Source of the DNA: an uncultured Gammaproteobacteria bacterium
GTDB lineage: Bacteria; Patescibacteriota; Microgenomatia; Daviesbacterales; UBA10151
Direction of reading: 5' to 3'
NCBI GenBank assembly: GCA_964360965.1
Contig: CAYHYM010000017.1
Coordinates: 1 to 6,864, forward strand
Length of the DNA: 6,864 nt
Position numbers and translations under genes: made by a program. Position 1 is the first letter of the stretch. Every line of letters starts with the position of its first letter. Positions 5,133 through 6,864 of this stretch are shown here, in pieces. The notes under the pieces were generated by a model. The model was not told the DNA's origin, did not search any database, and saw only the letters and a program-made list of their open reading frames with translations.

Positions 5133-5486
5133 ATGGCTGCCCAAAGATTTCATATTATTATAGATGCCAGTAATGTTTCAGAAAAATCACTGTCTGATGA
5201 GGAAGGATTAAAGAAATTTCTTACAGATTTAACCAGTGAAATTGGTATGCATGTTTTGGCAGGACCGTTGATTGCCCAAGGTATTCCCCAAAACCCGGGG
5301 TTGTCAGGATTTGTACTGATTGATTTTTCACACATCTCAATTCATACTTTTATAAAGCACAAACAGGCCCTGGTAGATATCTTTTCTTGTCAAGCTTACG
5401 ACAAAGAAACAGCAGTCAAACCTGTTTTAGAGTATTTCCAAATTCCTCGCGAATCAGCCAGAATTGAAACTGTCTCCTGGGAATAG
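5133..5486 (+). CDS. S-adenosylmethionine decarboxylase-like pyruvoyl-dependent decarboxylase homolog (class 1 AdoMetDC fold), 117 aa
   Basis: GLSGFVLIDFSHISIHTFIKHKQALVDIFSCQ aligns with the prokaryotic AdoMetDC core (..[32 protein letters not shown]..). The processing Ser (Ser66, 5328..5330), His at +5 and Cys at +20 are conserved. The residue before the Ser is Phe rather than Glu, and WPE is replaced by FIK. Confidence 0.75.
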   Translation: MAAQRFHIIIDASNVSEKSLSDEEGLKKFLTDLTSEIGMHVLAGPLIAQGIPQNPGLSGFVLIDFSHISIHTFIKHKQALVDIFSCQAYDKETAVKPVLEYFQIPRESARIETVSWE

Positions 5487-5488
5487 GG

Positions 5489-5571
5489 CGGAGGGTGTAG
5501 GACTCGAACCTACAAGGGATTACTCCCACTGGTTTTCGAAACCAGCGCATTAGCCATTCTGCCAACCCTCC
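5489..5571 (-). tRNA. tRNA-Ser (anticodon CGA), class II, no encoded CCA
   Basis: The reverse complement reads GGAGGGT-TG-GCA-GAATGGCTAA-TGC-G-CTGGT-TTCGAAA-ACCAG-TGGGAGTAATCCCTT-GTAGG-TTCGAGT-CCTAC-ACCCTCC-G. It is followed by CCC, not CCA. Confidence 0.85.
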
Positions 5572-5597
5572 AGTTTACACTGAGCGTAGTCGAAGTG

Positions 5598-5669
5598 CGC
5601 CCCCGGCGGGAATTGAACCCACATAACAGGATCCGCAATCCTGTGGTTTATCCGTTAGCCTACGAGGGC
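5598..5669 (-). tRNA. tRNA-Arg (anticodon GCG), no encoded CCA
   Basis: The reverse complement reads GCCCTCG-TA-GGCT-AACGGATAA-AACC-A-CAGGA-TTGCGGA-TCCTG-TTAT-GTGGG-TTCAATT-CCCGC-CGGGGGC-G. The acceptor stem has one T.G pair and the D stem has one C/A mismatch. The anticodon loop is T32-T33-GCG-G37-A38. Confidence 0.78.
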
Positions 5670-5687
5670 AACATGGGTATTTTAAAC

Positions 5688-6245
5688 CTATCTATGGGTA
5701 TTTTCCAGAGGAAAGTGTTTTTGTAATCCTTCTGCCCAGCGATCCAAAAAAGAGGTTTTGGGAATCTCATGGAATGGTAAAAAACGGGCCGCTGCCTTTT
5801 TCACCTTTTCCTTATCACTGGAGCCCAAAACAAGCATCAGCTGGGCAGGGAATGTTAATCTGGTCTGGATAAAAAGTACCTTTTGACCTTCTTTTTCCCT
5901 AAACCAAAATGAATCCAGCTCATGCCAGAACCAGAAATGATCTGCAATGGTTACCCCCTGAGTTGAAATTTTATATAAAACATCAGACGGTGGCACAAAA
6001 GCCAGCACATAGACCACAAAGCCAATGGATAACAGCACACCAATCAGTAAAAATTCCTTGGCCAAAATGGCAATAAGAGAAAACAAAATGACCAAAATGG
6101 CAATAGTGGTGTAATATGATCTGTCTTTTTTCCTAAAAGGACGGGATGATCCTTCCCAGGAAAGCAGGGTTTTGATCTGTCTAGTCTCACCTAATTTGGG
6201 TTGCAAATCTGCGTCAATCTCTGGTATAAAAACTTTGGCCATCAA
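5688..6245 (-). CDS. Membrane protein of unknown function (two TM helices plus a C-terminal soluble domain)
   Basis: The ORF has a hydrophobic hairpin, YYTTIAILVILFSLIAILA and FLLIGVLLSIGFVVYVLAFV, preceded by a basic patch RPFRKKDR. The listed start is TTG at 6243..6245. The adjacent ATG at 6240..6242 (MAKVF...) is the more likely start. The stop lies 18 nt from the tRNA-Arg 5' end. Confidence 0.75.
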   Translation of the reverse strand: MMAKVFIPEIDADLQPKLGETRQIKTLLSWEGSSRPFRKKDRSYYTTIAILVILFSLIAILAKEFLLIGVLLSIGFVVYVLAFVPPSDVLYKISTQGVTIADHFWFWHELDSFWFREKEGQKVLFIQTRLTFPAQLMLVLGSSDKEKVKKAAARFLPFHEIPKTSFLDRWAEGLQKHFPLENTHR

Positions 6246-6249
6246 ATAA

Positions 6250-6255
6250 ATTATA
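6250..6255 (-). promoter_or_regulatory. Candidate -10 box (TATAAT) placed for a leaderless transcript of the membrane-protein gene
   Basis: The minus strand reads gtgTATAATttatTTGATGgcc. The start codon lies 5-8 nt after the -10 box, there is no Shine-Dalgarno sequence, and the -35 is poor (TTACTG at 17 nt). Confidence 0.3.
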
Positions 6256-6355
6256 CACTAATTCACCAACTCCAGTAATCACTCTGTTCCTGACCTGATC
6301 ATCTCTTGCCCCATATAATTCTTCTAACCGGCACTTGTTTACTCTAAATTATAGC

Positions 6356-6604
6356 TTATTTTCTTCTGAGCGCTTCGTAAAATTCCTTTTTTGGAAAACC
6401 ACTCTGGCGGATCATTGAATCCAGAGTCCCTCGCTTAAACTCTCTATTAGCCCCATGGAATGCAACAGTGACAGCATAACTTATATTTTCTCTTGTTAAA
6501 ACCCAAGTTTGATGAGAAGAACCTGTCCCGCTTTCCTGCTTAAAACCTAAGTTTTTAAGAATAGTTGCTACATCACGATACTTAAGAGGTTGATACTTAG
6601 GCAT
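6356..6604 (-). CDS. hicA: HicA-family toxin (YcfA-like mRNA interferase), 82 aa
   Basis: PLKYRDVATILKNLGFKQESGTGSSHQTW ... FHGANREFKRGTLDSMIRQSGF matches the HicA pattern: a K..ikaLek.GF...r.kGSH core and a C-terminal G.l..Ilkq.g segment. The size is typical. The start overlaps the upstream gene's stop by 8 nt (ATGCCTAA). Confidence 0.8.
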   Translation of the reverse strand: MPKYQPLKYRDVATILKNLGFKQESGTGSSHQTWVLTRENISYAVTVAFHGANREFKRGTLDSMIRQSGFPKKEFYEALRRK

Positions 6605-6864
6605 GAGTTAAAATTCTGCCTTGAGATGCAAGAACAGTAAAAAGCTGAAATGGGGAAATAAAAGGCTTCTCCTGTTTAACCTTGGTAATCTGCCTTAGTT
6701 TATCCCAATATTCCTTAGGTGCCGGTCTAAATGTTAACTCATCCGGAAAACCTAATTTAGAAGCAGCCTGTACATGAGATGAAATTGCATCATTAAGACT
6801 CAAGATTGCCTCCTCTAAGGTAGCATGATCTTCTTCTACAATATCCAGATCAAGACAAACTCCG
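6597..6864 (-). CDS. hicB: HicB-like antitoxin candidate (UPF0150/HicB N-terminal-like), 5' end outside the window
   Basis: The reading frame stays open to the window edge, and the TTG at 6803 in the ORF track is probably internal. The translated upstream part GVCLDLDIVEEDHATLEEAILSLNDAISSHVQ resembles the HicB ..G.TleEA..n..eAi..hl motif. It is translationally coupled to hicA. No recognisable RHH/HTH is seen in the C-terminal 50 aa. Confidence 0.55.
   Translation of the reverse strand, partial: GVCLDLDIVEEDHATLEEAILSLNDAISSHVQAASKLGFPDELTFRPAPKEYWDKLRQITKVKQEKPFISPFQLFTVLASQGRILTHA

Noticed and set aside
5194-5216. Hammerhead-like string CTGATGA ... GAAA.
   Set aside because: The 12 nt between the two boxes (GGAAGGATTAAA) cannot form a stem II. 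No stem I/III partners flank it, and it lies inside a well-supported coding frame (..LSDEEGLKKF..).
5150-5335. Minus-strand ORF 5150..5335 (61 aa).
   Set aside because: It is antisense to the AdoMetDC-like gene, which has clear family motifs. It is a shadow ORF.
1-6864. I checked for CRISPR arrays, IS/transposase or integrase genes, rRNA, and stop-codon reassignment.
   Set aside because: No spaced direct-repeat array is present, and no ORF has transposase or integrase motifs. All long ORFs close normally with standard stops (TAA/TAG/TGA all used), so there is no evidence for UGA recoding.

Overview
This is an AT-rich, gene-dense bacterial window. It resembles a small-genome uncultured lineage such as Patescibacteria/CPR, but that placement is inference only. 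The minus strand carries a dnaG-rpoD operon whose genes overlap in ATGA, with no rpsU upstream. There are four tRNA genes that I folded by hand: Asn-GTT, Ser-GGA, Ser-CGA and Arg-GCG. Other genes are two divergent small standalone GIY-YIG (YhbQ/UPF0213-like) nucleases, a GDE_C-like six-hairpin glycosidase, a divergently transcribed AdoMetDC-like pyruvoyl-enzyme homolog, a 2-TM protein of unknown function, and a hicB-like/hicA pair running off the right edge. The most interesting signal is that both GIY-YIG genes abut tRNA genes. The first ORF (57..323) ends at a TAG inside the D-loop of tRNA-Asn. It is bracketed by a direct repeat of tRNA-Asn positions 1-27: an intact copy at 51..77 and a decayed upstream copy at 332..371. 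The decayed copy has its D-loop AAT replaced by a perfect 16-nt GC-rich palindrome. This looks like a tRNA-gene-targeting insertion that regenerated the tRNA 5' half. A second GC-rich imperfect hairpin of about 61 nt (3338..3398) shares the CCTCCG/GGCGGAG core and lies in the predicted dnaG leader, between overlapping divergent promoters. All calls come from reading the sequence and from remembered family motifs. No searches or folding programs were run.
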